A stretch of DNA of 63,852 nucleotides, the filler included, from Octopus bimaculoides (Eukaryota), in the NCBI RefSeq assembly GCF_001194135.2. It is 5 parts of 4 records of this genome, joined end to end, with 100 filler letters (N's around TTAATTAATTAA, not from the genome) between each part and the next. Parts side by side here need not be neighbours in the genome. Positions count along the whole stretch, not along the records: positions 49,234 to 56,948 come from NC_068992.1; positions 57,049 to 63,852 come from NC_068986.1; 3 more parts are not named here. One strand, given 5' to 3'. Made by a program: the position numbers and the translations under genes. Shown here one piece after another: positions 50,421 through 63,817 of this stretch. The notes under the pieces are model-generated. The model was not told the origin of the DNA and made no database searches. It saw only the letters and a list, made by a program, of their open reading frames with translations. The stretch's first letter is position 1, and each line of letters starts with the position of its first letter.

Positions 50421-50605
50421 GTCGAGCTGGTAGAGCTGTTAGTGCCTAGGGAAAAAATACTTAGCAGAATTTCGTCTGTCTTCGAATTCCGTCTTCAAAT
50501 TCCGCCGAGGTTGAATTTGGCTTCCACCATTTCGGGGTCCATAAAATAAACACCAGTGAAATACTGGCGCCGATGTAATCGACTATTCCCCTCCCGGATA
50601 ATTTC
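50420..50605 (+). mobile_element. SINE family B, diverged
   Basis: GAGCTGG head, TTCAAATTCCGCCGAGG, TTTCGGGGTC, CGATGTAATCGACT and GGCCTTGTGC tail. Confidence 0.75.
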
Positions 50606-51151
50606 AGGCCTTGTGCGTGTAAGTTCATGGCCAATCTCGAAAGCGTACTATTTAACCGAAAACTATTTCAGATATAAACAGACTTTGTCATGGCACCTTT
50701 CATGGTGTCTCTTTGCAGTCGTTTTAAATATATTTCAACGCTTCATCGGATGAGCTAAATGACTGCAATTCTCTCTGATATTGATATCCGTTGTTTTATA
50801 GTGTGTATATGGTAGACTACATTTTGCGACAATAAGTATTCGGTTCTCGGTGTCTTTATTAGGCCATTAGTTTCCTTAATGTTACGCATTTTCTTTGCCA
50901 ATCCTAAAACATTCAGTTTAGTGTTTCTGAAATTGGCCATATAGCGAGATATATTCGCATTTGCTTTGCAGTTCTGCCATGAATTTCACATTGCAGAAGA
51001 TGTTATTCTAAGTATTTGCTTTCAGCAAAGCAAAAAACATGCATGGAGACTAAACAAAAGATTCAGTAAATTGTTATTAGGCAAATACCGATTTCACGAC
51101 GGGCACCTTTGGGGATGCGAAGAAGAAAATACAACACAAAACACGAGTATG

Positions 51152-51183
<32 letters not shown>

Positions 51184-51759
51184 NNNNNNNNNNNNNNNNN
51201 NNNNNNNNNNNNNNNNNNNNNNNNNNNNNNNNNNNNNNNNNNNNNNNNNATACATATAGATATATAATCGGCAGGAGTTACAAACTCTAGGGATGACTGT
51301 TTCACGTATTAGTACTTATTTGTCCACATTCGTCAATGCTGATTAAACATTGGCCTCTAAACTTCCGTTTTGTTTACAAGCGAATCATACAACTGGTGGG
51401 GGGTGCAATATGCATCTGTCAAAGTTGTCTGTGTACTCCCTTGTGCAATTAAGTAGAGTAGCATAGTAGGTCCTTAGTGTGTTACTACCGTAAAGCAGCT
51501 GTTGATGGCTGCGGTAAACTTGCTGGAATGTAGCTTACTCTTCAGTAGCATTATCAATTTTGTTAAATATCTTTCTGTCACGCCTTTCTACAACATTCTG
51601 TCTAGAACAATCTGTCTAATTCTAGTATGCAAAGGTAATTATAGCAGCCACTTTCAGTACCACTAATGCTCTAACCAAATGGCAGTTGATTACTACTGCA
51701 TGTCACACTCTTATTCTCTTGTAAACTATAAACGCAAGTGATCATTATCATCATCGTCG

Positions 51760-51840
<81 letters not shown>

Positions 51841-51850
51841 NNNNNNNNNN

Positions 51851-51894
<44 letters not shown>

Positions 51895-51897
<3 letters not shown>

Positions 51898-52320
51898 AAT
51901 GAGTGAGAGAGCAGTGCATGCAATCAAAGTGATACTGGAGAACAAATATGCTATGCTCTGTATAACCATCATGACTACCAATCTGATAAGTGTACATCAG
52001 GCGCATGTATCACAACGACATGTGCGTGACATGGTGATACCATATCATCATAAACAGCGCCTGACCTTGCAGATAGAGCCCAGTTAGAATTTTCTTCAGG
52101 TCGAGAAACCCATCCCACTCAAAAGGTCTCTGAATAAGATGTGTTTAAGGGTGATGAACGAAACACCCATGTTTCCAAAGGTGGATTATTCAAATCCCAA
52201 AGAATTCTTCTCAACACACGGCTATGACGCTTTCCCAGTTCTTCTGCTCGTGATCAGAGATGCACATATCGTCAGCCACTAAGAGACATGCTCAACTGGT
52301 TAAGGTCAAACAACTGATAA
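51895..52320 (-). mobile_element. Unclassified retroposon-like segment ending in a trinucleotide tail
   Basis: Balanced-GC block whose minus-strand end (..GCATGCACTGCTCTCTCACTC) runs into (TAC)n/(AAT)n; no coding motif; no second copy in the window. Confidence 0.35.
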
Positions 52321-52453
52321 AAAAAATCCGTGTTATTGAACAGAATATTTGGTATAGCTCATCTTTTATACCAAAGCAAAACTATGTACATGATAACAGA
52401 ATCCATGAGAACTCTTGCCTGGTACTGCATTATTGTTGTTATTATTATTATTA

Positions 52454-52499
<46 letters not shown>

Positions 52500-52500
52500 G

Positions 52501-52531
<31 letters not shown>

Positions 52532-53365
52532 TGTAGTTTTATTTTTAAAACTTGCTTTCACTTCACTACCGAGCGCAAGAACGTCATGTATGACAGATAC
52601 ATGGAAAACAAACCACAGTAAGAATAACGTTAACATGAACAAGGAAAGGATTCTGGTAGTCAAAGGTTCCAACGTGTCTCGTATGCCAAATGTATCCGTG
52701 TAACTTTGCCTAGAATGCACGTCTCCAAAGATTAGGCGACTACGCCTTATAATCATAGTGTACTGTCTTTAAAAAAAGCGAATATATATGGTTAGGGAAG
52801 CAGAATTAAAAAGGTTTGATCATCGCTGGAAGACCTTTAATTATAGGTCTGCATGATCATGGTCGGTTTGGGAACTAGATTATAAAATCAACGACGTATT
52901 GACAATAGAAAATTACGCCATCAAAAAGAATAGCAACGTCTAAAATTATAATAAAAACGACAAAAATAGTAATGTTTTCAAATCGAAGTCTTTGCAGAAG
53001 ACATAGCATTAATTGAAGCATTTTATCAGCTTAGCAGTAAAAGAAATAATAGAGATTTAATTATATCCAAAAGTCTATATTTTATAGTTCGAGATGTGTA
53101 TAATTAACTAATTATTCCAATTTCTTCACTACTTCCTTCTCTCCCTGTCTACCTCTCACTATCTCTCATACGCATTCTGTATTTTTTCTCAATCTCTCTT
53201 TATCTCTCTCACTCTCATATTTTCTCTCTCACTTTACATTGAATTTCTTTCTATATAGTCATTTTTTAAATATCATTTCCAAGTATGTTTCTATTTTATA
53301 CGAAGAATATTAAAAGAGAGAAAAAGGAACATTCACGTAGTTATCTCTGTACGTATATATTTTGT

Positions 53366-53555
53366 GAATTTTCCATATATATATATATATATATATGGAA
53401 AATTCAGAAAAAAGACGAAGACAGGTGGTTTAGACAACAATTACATGTATTAGTATAACGCTCGGGAAATAAAAAAGTCTTTAACGTTTCAAGCCTACGC
53501 TCTTCCACAGAAAGGAACACAGAAAGAAACAACGAGAGAAAAAAAAAAGAATGTG
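53366..53555 (-). mobile_element. Penelope-like terminal repeat with hammerhead-like motif and (TA)n palindrome
   Basis: Homologous to about 39110-39265; motif CUUU-CUGUGGA-A-GAGC(GUAG)GCUU-GAAAC-GUU-AAAG at 53514-53479; GAATTTTCC-(AT)n-GGAAAATTC at 53366-53405. Confidence 0.7.
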
Positions 53556-53611
53556 TNNNNNNNNNNNNNNNNNNNNNNNNNNNNNNNNNNNNNNNNNNNN
53601 NNNNNNNNNNN

Positions 53612-53653
<42 letters not shown>

Positions 53654-54406
53654 CAAACAGGGACGTGTCGCTTAGGTAGGCAAGGTAGGCAGTGCCTACA
53701 TTGAGTATTTCTAACCTATCTGTCTATCTAACTGTGAAAGTGTGCGGATTAGTAAGTGTGTGTGTGATCGATAGCAACATTTTTCTTTTATGCAGAATAT
53801 TCAATAAAATTATGATCGTTATTCTCATTACTATGAATAAAATGCAAAATACTCTATTGTTTTGTAGATTAAATAGGCATAATTCGCTCCTACTTTTCAA
53901 TCTCAGTATTAAAGCTACGCATACTGCGGCTGTTGTACACATGCTGCATACATTCCGACAAAACCGTTTTCTTTACGTGCTACAAAAGCAGAAGTAAATC
54001 TGCCCTAAACAGTCGCGCACCTGTGTTCCGCTTATCTTTTGTGTACTTTACTACATAAAAAGTCACCAACAGCCTACCCTGACTAATTTCTGACAGCATG
54101 TGCCTGATATATAGATATGTATGTTTGTATGAATGCATGCATGTGTGTACGAACGAATCTATGCATGTATGGTATGTATACATTCTTACAAATTCGCTAA
54201 GATGGGAACAGAAGCTGCGGAGAATTAAATATATTATCTTAAATAATACACTGAACACAGTTACTCACATATACACAAGCATATACCTATACACACACAC
54301 ACATAGACACACACACATACACACACACACACACATATTTATATTAAACGCTTCAAATGTATGCGTGCATAAATTATACATTGCAAATTTACACATACCT
54401 AAACTA

Positions 54407-54451
<45 letters not shown>

Positions 54452-56773
54452 GTGTATATATGTATGTATATATGTATATATTTATTTGTATATACATACA
54501 TATATATATATATATTTATGTGTATGTATATATATATATATATATATTANNNNNNNNNNNNNNNNNNNNNNNNNNNNNNNNNNNNNNNNNNNNNNNNNNN
54601 NNNNNNNNNNNNNNNNNNNNNNNNNNNNNNNNNNNNNNNNNNNNNNNNNNNNNNNNNNNNNNNNNNNNNNNNNNNNNNNNNNNNNNNNNNNNNNNNNNNN
54701 NNNNNNNNNNNNNNNNNNNNNNNNNNNNNNNNNNNNNNNNNNNNNNNNNNNNNNNNNNNNNNNNNNNNNNNNNNNNNNNNNNNNNNNNNNNNNNNNNNNN
54801 NNNNNNNNNNNNNNNNNNNNNNNNNNNNNNNNNNNNNNNNNNNNNNNNNNNNNNNNNNNNNNNNNNNNNNNNNNNNNNNNNNNNNNNNNNNNNNNNNNNN
54901 NNNNNNNNNNNNNNNNNNNNNNNNNNNNNNNNNNNNNNNNNNNNNNNNNNNNNNNNNNNNNNNNNNNNNNNNNNNNNNNNNNNNNNNNNNNNNNNNNNNN
55001 NNNNNNNNNNNNNNNNNNNNNNNNNNNNNNNNNNNNNNNNNNNNNNNNNNNNNNNNNNNNNNNNNNNNNNNNNNNNNNNNNNNNNNNNNNNNNNNNNNNN
55101 NNNNNNNNNNNNNNNNNNNNNNNNNNNNNNNNNNNNNNNNNNNNNNNNNNNNNNNNNNNNNNNNNNNNNNNNNNNNNNNNNNNNNNNNNNNNNNNNNNNN
55201 NNNNNNNNNNNNNNNNNNNNNNNNNNNNNNNNNNNNNNNNNNNNNNNNNNNNNNNNNNNNNNNNNNNNNNNNNNNNNNNNNNNNNNNNNNNNNNNNNNNN
55301 NNNNNNNNNNNNNNNNNNNNNNNNNNNNNNNNNNNNNNNNNNNNNNNNNNNNNNNNNNNNNNNNNNNNNNNNNNNNNNNNNNNNNATACACATAGATAGA
55401 GCGTGAGAGAGTGAGAGTGATGGAAAGAATGAGGGAGAGAGTGAGGGAGAGAGAAGAGAGACAGAGAGGAGAGCTAGAGTGAGTGAGAGACATGTTTACA
55501 TTCTCATACGCTCACGTATATACATTCCCGTTTATGACTGTATATATGCCGACACAGAAACGTACAAACTTTCCAGTTCATCTTTATACGAATGCGTATA
55601 TGCTTGTTTTTGTTTGTGTGTTTGGGTGGGTGCTTCTACGTGCGTGCCCCTATGTGTGTGTGCAGATGTGATTTTTCTCTTGTCTGTACGGCTGGACAAA
55701 ACCTTGCTACAGGACACATGAAGCAAATTATTTTTGATATTAAATTATTTGCTATTTCTGTATATTGTTTCTTTACATTTGATTTTTCTTTTTGTTTGTT
55801 CAGCGTTAGACAATTTTAGAACATTCTCCCAAATGAAACTATTGATCTCATCTATTGCATCTGAGTCGTTGTGATCTATTCCCAGGAAGTAAATCACCTG
55901 GTTACCGAGATATTTGAATGGAATCTCAAAATATTCATACGAAGTGCTTCTTAAAGAATGAAGTATTCATATATACGTTTCATATTTGGAAACCTTAGAG
56001 GTTTTTGTAATGCATCGTAATCTTCATAAAAGAAACTATTTCTTTGATAAATAAATGAAAGAATTATTGAAGAAATTGAATGGCGTGACTATTTCTTGCA
56101 TCGTCACTTCGTGGTATTTTATAGGGAAGTAGTATTATAGGATATGAATAGACTGCTCTGCATTGGATATACATTTTATCGCATTTGGAGTGAAACAGAG
56201 TGAGAATATGGCGAAGTAAAACTGGAATAGTGTAAATGACTCCTTCAAGTTCCTTACCGTTGCTCTTAACTATCGTCTTGAATAAATTTATGTAAATAGA
56301 TGCAAAATGAATAGATTTTTTTCTACTGAGAAAAGAAATACATAAATGAAGGCCTGAAATATAGAATTCGGAAGAAATATGAAGAAACTCAGAGCTGCAA
56401 TACTCTCAACCATGCATTTTCATTTCATTTAGTTATTCGTATGGAAATTTATAGACTTCATACATATCGTTTCTTAGTTCGTATATATTTGTTATTAAGA
56501 AATTCTAATATGTTCCTCGATTCTGAGGTGCTGTTGCTTCAAAGAAAACATCCTAATATCAAACCTAAGCAATTTAATAGTTACAAAATTGGCTACCAAG
56601 CGAAATATCTCAAGTGGACCGAAAGCTAAAGTTTGATAATTCTCGTACACGTTGCAGTATATATACAGAGAATATAAACAATACTTTATGAAATACCTTT
56701 CTACTAAACAAAGTATACACACTCATATATACATGCATACATACATACATACATACATACATACACACATACA

Positions 56774-56820
<47 letters not shown>

Positions 56821-56837
56821 ATGTATATATATATATA

Positions 56838-56948
56838 TACTCTTTTACTCTTTTACTTGTTTCAGTCTTTTGACTGTGGCCATGCTGGAGCACCGCCTTT
56901 TAGTCGAGCAAATCGACCCCAGGACTTATTCTTTAGAAGCCTAGTACT
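56838..56948 (-). mobile_element. SINE family A 3' end
   Basis: Near-identical to about 1685-1790 and 9861-9960; cut by a scaffold linker. Confidence 0.85.
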
Positions 56949-57253
56949 NNNNNNNNNNNNNNNNNNNNNNNNNNNNNNNNNNNNNNNNNNNNTTAATTAA
57001 TTAANNNNNNNNNNNNNNNNNNNNNNNNNNNNNNNNNNNNNNNNNNNNCCCACTCAGGCTATCATCCTTTCGCATACTCACCCGCTCTTTCGCCCACTCA
57101 CTCACCCTCGCATTCAATCACTCACTCACTAAGTCATTCACTCACTCACTCACTCACTCATACAAAGTCTCATATATTTACTCATTCACGAACCGCTAAG
57201 TTATGGGGACGTGACCACACCAAAATCGGTTGTCAAGTGATGGNNNNNNNNNN

Positions 57254-57284
<31 letters not shown>

Positions 57285-58071
57285 GCCTCTGTGTGTGTAT
57301 GTGCGTGCTAGTGTATGTATATTTGTGTATGTGCGTGTATGAAACCGCAAATTGCATGTAAACGCATAACAGACGTTAATATGTATACGCAAACTTGCAG
57401 ATCCACGCAGGCATATGCATATATGTGTGCATGAGGATGTGGTATCGTTTTTTTTCTTCATATATATATATGACTATGTGTATGTTTGTATGAATGTATA
57501 TATGTATACGTGCATGCACACATACATATATCTATATACATATTTATATGAACGCGAACACTTGTATGCAGGCATGGATGTTATTGAATATGTGGATCTT
57601 ATTACATATATATTGTCACAGTGCCTTTGATAACTTGTAGCTGTAATCTCTTCATTAGGCGTGTTCTTTAGCCTAAAGACTTGAATAGCAATATAATATA
57701 AATTACATTAACTATGAATTTGTATAATTTCGGATTCATTATTTTTCTGCATACGTTCCTATGCACTAAGAACGCGTACTTCTTGTCCCTAAATAATTTA
57801 GTGATGTCGTTATCCTTATGGAAGCGGTTAATTAATTTGTATGCTTGTTTAATTAATATTTTTAAATATTTTTTGTATATGTTTTACTGATAAGTATTTC
57901 CAGTAAATATTCAATATATTTAAACAATAACCCACTCAGGCTATCATCCTTTCGCATACTCACCCGCTCTTTCGCCCACTCACTCACCCTCGCATTCAAT
58001 CACTCACTCACTAAGTCATTCACTCACTCACTCACTCACTCATACAAAGTCTCATATATTTACTCATTCAC

Positions 58072-58683
58072 GAACCGCTAAGTTATGGGGACGTGACCAC
58101 ACCAAAATCGGTTGTCAAGTGATGGTGAGGGGACAAACACACACGCACACACACATACACACACACACACACGTACACACACACACACATATATATATAT
58201 ACATATATATANNNNNNNNNNNNNNNNNNNNNNNNNNNNNNNNNNNNNNNNNNNNNNNNNNNNNNNNNNNNNNNNNNNNNNNNNNNNNNNNNNNNNNNNN
58301 NNNNNNNNNNNNNNNNNNNNNNNNNNNNNNNNNNNNNNNNNNNNNNNNNNNNNNNNNNNNNNNNNNNNNNNNNNNNNNNNNNNNNNNNNNNNNNNNNNNN
58401 NNNNNNNNNNNNNNNNNNNNNNNNNNNNNNNNNNNNNNNNNNNNNNNNNNNNNNNNNNNNNNNNNNNNNNNNNNNNNNNNNNNNNNNNNNNNNNNNNNNN
58501 NNNNNNNNNNNNNNNNNNNNNNNNNNNNNNNNNNNNNNNNNNNNNNNNNNNNNNNNNNNNNNNNNNNNNNNNNNNNNNNNNNNNNNNNNNNNNNNNNNNN
58601 NNNNNNGGCCTGAGGCTATAATAGAAGATACTTGCCCAAGGTGCCACGCAGTGCGACAGAACCCGGAGCCATGCGGTTGGTAG
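58072..58683 (-). mobile_element. SINE family A spanning an N gap
   Basis: 3' module at 58072-58140 and head/core at 58607-58683, with the gap inside the internal microsatellite. Confidence 0.8.
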
Positions 58684-58700
58684 GCAAGCTACTTACCACA

Positions 58701-58738
<38 letters not shown>

Positions 58739-58744
58739 TTCCCT

Positions 58745-58925
58745 TTGTGTTCCCCCCACCACCAACATCGGTCGATAACCAGTGTCGATGTGTTTACTTC
58801 CCTGTGAACTAGTGGTTCGGCAAAAGGGAACCGATAGAATAAGTACTTGGCTTCACAAAAATAAATTCTGCGTTCGATTCATTCGACAAAAAATTCTTCG
58901 AGTTGGTGCCCCACGACCGAAAAAA
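58745..58925 (+). mobile_element. SINE family A 3' half, diverged
   Basis: GGTTCGGCAAAAGGGAACCGATAGAATAAGTACT..TTCGATTCATTCGAC. Confidence 0.65.
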
Positions 58926-59338
58926 AATAAAACAGAAAAGATACATATATACATATACACACGCAATCCCAAAGATATATACACACACAAACACACACAC
59001 ACATACAAACACACACACACACGCACACCCGCACACCCGCATATATACCCAACGAAAAATATACTTGTGAGAGACGGAGGCGTACTGAGCGACATTCCGA
59101 AATCACATTACTCACTTATTGACGTACATCCACACAGATATTTCTGCATAAATATATATACATGCATACACACACACAGATACACACACACAGATACACA
59201 CACACGCACTCTGCAACATTCAAAAGCCACACCTCTTCGAAAAGTCATNNNNNNNNNNATATATATATATTTATAAATATCATTAAGGGATCAGCAAATA
59301 TTTGCTTCACCATATATTTGCTTCACCATATATTTGTA

Positions 59339-59372
<34 letters not shown>

Positions 59373-60549
59373 GAGTCGAGGATGACACCTCAACGTGGAC
59401 GGTCGATCTTCTAGAAAACGTAGCCAACTTTCCAACGAATCACTCATCTTGCACAATTTTTAATAACACATTGGCTAAAGTAGAATTCGTCTGTGATTGC
59501 ATAAAAGACGAGACGGTCAAGGCTGAACTACTTTTGACCATAGCATGATCGAGCTAACCAAAGCCAAGCACATGCACATAAACACACACACATACGCGTA
59601 CGAGTGTTATATATGTGTGTGTGTTTGAGTGTGTGAGTGTGTGTGTGTGAGCGCGCTTGTGTGTGTATGCATGTGTAAACAGAGAGAAAGAAAGAAAGAT
59701 AGATAGATAGATGCGGATACTTGCCGACAAATACGCACTTACGTGAAACACGCAGATAGACGCACACTCACTCACACACACACACACACACACACACACG
59801 CCTAAAGATCCCCCAACACACATACACACACATCTAACACATACACACAACAACAACAACAGCAACAACAAAATACGCAAACACAAACCCCCCACACAAT
59901 TTTACGATTGTAAAATATTGTGGGTCTTTGTTTTAGGCACATTTTTAAAATGAACTCCACATAGTCTCATTATGGTATTGGTCTCTCTTCTCTCTCTCTC
60001 TCTCCCTCTCCCCCTCTCTCTCTCTTTCTTTCTCTCTCTCTCTAAACATAACTGTTGATTTGTTGGGCTATTTTTCGGGTGGAGAATATGGGAACAAAGA
60101 AAGAGGAGGAGTATGAGGAGACACTGAGAAAGTGTTTGAAGGGGAGGCCAAAGAATATAGTAGTGTGTATGAGGAGGAGGGTGAAGAAAGAATGAAGAGG
60201 GGTAGGGGTAGGAGGAGGACTAAAAAGAAGAAGGACGGGTACATTGTAAGAAACAATGTCATACTGATGAATGACAGAAAAAAGAGCATGTAGTCGTAGA
60301 GGAGTAGCAAGAGTAGAACTCATAATAAGAGTTGCTGCAGAATGTGACGTGTGACACACGGGTAGTGGTCAGAGTAGAACGAAGAATTGAGGGAAAGAAT
60401 TATTAATTGTTGTTTCTGTTAATGTTGCTGTTGATGATGATGCAGTTGTCGTTGATTAACTCTAGGTCCATTCGGATCCTGTTACTTTATGACCAAAGAC
60501 ATTATAGACATGACAATTCTGCCTTGAATTCAATGTTTCCAAGCCTGCT

Positions 60550-60692
60550 CTATATTCTGTTCACGAGTCCTTCTTTTGAAACATTATGGTGTTTGATTTG
60601 AGAGAAATTACGAGTGTTGGTTGCTATTTCTAGCTTCGCGAGTGACTGCGAAGAAGCTCCCATTTCAATCGAATTATTGAAGGAATCTAGAG
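60550..60692 (-). other. Candidate terminal coding exon (unverified)
   Basis: Pyrimidine tract CCTCTCACTCACTCTCCTGCAG, then one open frame (x)LDSFNNSIEMGASSQSLAKLEIATNTRNFSQIKHHNVSKEGLVNRI*; no homology recognised. Confidence 0.25.
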
Positions 60693-61099
60693 CTGCAGGA
60701 GAGTGAGTGAGAGGTATAGTAAGAGTTAGAGTATAAATAAGAGTTGCTATAGAATGTGAAGAGGTAACGTAGGGGTAGTGGTAAGAGCAGTAAGTAGAGA
60801 AAGAAAACAGCGAACTGTACCCGGAGTGGAGGGTAGCAAGAGTAGAATTAAATAAGGGTGGCTACAAGAAATAAATAAACTGATAAATAATACCAACGAA
60901 TAATCCAAAATGGTGACAGAGAGCATAATTTAAAATTAGTATATGTGTATATAAGAATAAAAAAGCAGATCTCTTAATTCATTTTTTATTAATGGAGGCA
61001 TAGTGACAGTTGAAAAGAGAAATATAGAAATATTGGGAGGAAGAGTAGAAGGAGGAGTAGAAGTAACAGGAGTAGAAAGGAAAGTCATACGTTAACAGT

Positions 61100-61146
<47 letters not shown>

Positions 61147-61156
61147 NNNNNNNNNN

Positions 61157-61217
<61 letters not shown>

Positions 61218-61280
61218 GAAAGAAGGAAAGAAAGAAAGAGTGTATATGTACACATGTGTAAATAATACAGGAATAGTTGT

Positions 61281-61325
<45 letters not shown>

Positions 61326-61326
61326 G

Positions 61327-61392
<66 letters not shown>

Positions 61393-61492
61393 AGAGGAAA
61401 TATAAAGCGAGTGATAGCCAGAAAGGAGAAGAAGATTAATGATAGGACAGNNNNNNNNNNNNNNNNNNNNNNNNNNNNNNNNNNNNNNNNNN

Positions 61493-61530
<38 letters not shown>

Positions 61531-61602
61531 TATGTGTGTGTGTGAGAGAGAGAGAGAGAGAGCGAGCGTATGTGTGTGTGTGAGAGAGAAAGAGTGTGTG
61601 TG

Positions 61603-61650
<48 letters not shown>

Positions 61651-62167
61651 CTACTGAGAGAGATAAAGACAGACAGATAGAACAAGAAGAAGAGAGAGAG
61701 AGCTAACGTAAAACAAAGAGACCGAATATCTTTAAGAGAGGAAATAGTAAGTAAGAAGGAGAGAGATTGCGACTGCAAAAGAATAACTGAGAAAGATAGA
61801 GAGACAGAGAAAGGGGCAAATGTAATGAGAGAAAGAGATATAGTGAGTGAAAGAAAGAGAGAGAGAGAGAGAAAGAAAGGGAGAGATAGTTATTACAAAT
61901 GGCGGTGTATAATTTTAAGTGAATGAAAACGTTCGGGTGTGTGGAGTATCTTGTATATGTGTAGGTCTATAGGTAAGCAAATCTGTATTTGGGTACACAC
62001 GTAGAGTTTGTTTTTTCTGTTGTTTTTTTTTTAAAGAAAAGCTAAATATGGACACTGCCCATAAATTAGCAAATGTAAGTTAGTGTCCACCAGGCGCATA
62101 TATGTGATTTCCTGTTCGTGTGTCTCAAACTGAAATTTTTGTGTTTACAATATACACAAGTATATAT

Positions 62168-62255
<88 letters not shown>

Positions 62256-62870
62256 CGGTAGGTAGATAGATAGGTAGATAGATAGATAGATACATACATA
62301 CATACATACATACATACATACATACATACANNNNNNNNNNNNNNNNNNNNNNNNNNNNNNNNNNNNNNNNNNNNNNNNNNNNNNNNNNNNNNNNNNNNNN
62401 NNNNNNNNNNNNNNNNNNNNNNNNNNNNNNNNNNNNNNNNNNNNNNNNNNNNNNNNNNNNNNNNNNNNNNNNNNNNNNNNNNNNNNNNNNNNNNNNNNNN
62501 NNNNNNNNNNNNNNNNNNNNNNNNNNNNNNNNNNNNNNNNNNNNNNNNNNNNNNNNNNNNNNNNNNNNNNNNNNNNNNNNNNNNNNNNNNNNNNNNNNNN
62601 NNNNNNNNNNNNNNNNNNNNNNNNNNNNNNNNNNNNNNNNNNNNNNNNNNNNNNNNNNNNNNNNNNNNNNNNNNNNNNNNNNNNNNNNNNNNNNNNNNNN
62701 NNNNNNNNNNNNNNNNNNNNNNNNNNNNNNNNNNNNNNNNNNNNNNNNNNNNNNNNNNNNNNNNNNNNNNNNNNNNNNNNNNNNNNNNNNAGAGAGAGAG
62801 AGAGAGAGAGCGATACACTCGGACACGCACCCGTGTATACGTGTTCTCATATAATCCTACAATGGTCCAT

Positions 62871-62905
<35 letters not shown>

Positions 62906-63780
62906 ATACACAGATACACATACACACACACACACAGATACATACATATATATACACATACACAGGCACGCACATATATGTGTGTCAGTATATATGCATG
63001 TGTGCACATATGTATGTATGTTTATGTAAACATATACACCACATGCAAACCAACGCAAGGACAAGTGTGTGTGTGTGTGTGTGTTTGTGTGTGTGTGTGG
63101 GTGGGTGTGTGTGTGGGTGTGTGTGTGGGGGTGTGTGTATTCATGTATGTATAGCAGAATGTGCATAATAAGAGGGATGTATAGACAGAAAGAGAGGCAG
63201 GCAGAAGAAAAGATGAAAGGCCGCAAGGGAGATAAAAAGGGTGGAGCCGAAAGAAAGACACGAAAGCAACACACACAGAGAAAAAAAAAAGAAAAACAAT
63301 ACAAAACATTGCAGCATGAGAAAGTGGAGAAAGGGAGGAGGGCAGAGAAGAAGAAAAGAAGGAGAATGAGAGAATAATGTGTGCAAACGAGGAAAGAGAG
63401 AGCGAGAGAGAGGAGGTTGTAGAGAGACAGAGAGCAATATATATGCAAGGAGCAGAATAAGTGTGTGAGAGGCAGTGAGATAAACAGGAAGAGAAGTATA
63501 TGAGAGCGAGTAAGGTGTAGATAGGGACATAGTACTATATTGGTATGTATGCTTGCTATACGTGTATGTATTGATATATATATATATATGTGTGTGTATG
63601 TGTGTGTGTATGAATGAATGTATATATGAATATACAAAGAGAAGAAGAGGGTGAAGTAGAACTACGTTTCGGTTCGAAAATGGGGTGGGTTGGGATGGGG
63701 ATAATAGATGGATTAAAGTATACGATGACGCGGCTTTCCTCGGGTAGGCAACATACTGAGTACCCTCACAACGTAATTAC

Positions 63781-63817
63781 CTCTGTATCGTGTAGCAGTC
63801 TGGACTACTGCTAGCGG
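63781..63817 (-). other. Candidate 37-nt internal exon (unverified)
   Basis: TTGTATTCTGCTGCTGTATTTACAG | CCGCTAGCAGTAGTCCAGACTGCTACACGATACAGAG | GTAATT; two frames open. Confidence 0.25.

Noticed and set aside
57049-58125. Apparently identical 195-bp duplication (57049-57243, 57931-58125)
   Set aside because: First copy sits between a scaffold linker and a 10-N gap; probable assembly artefact.
59374-59548. Open frame VEDDTSTWTVDLLENVANF..
   Set aside because: Begins inside a microsatellite with no plausible start or acceptor; peptide not recognised.
60080-60295. Acidic/basic peptide-like plus-strand frames (EEEGEERMKRGRGRRR)
   Set aside because: By-product of GA-rich low-complexity DNA; frames are short and discontinuous.
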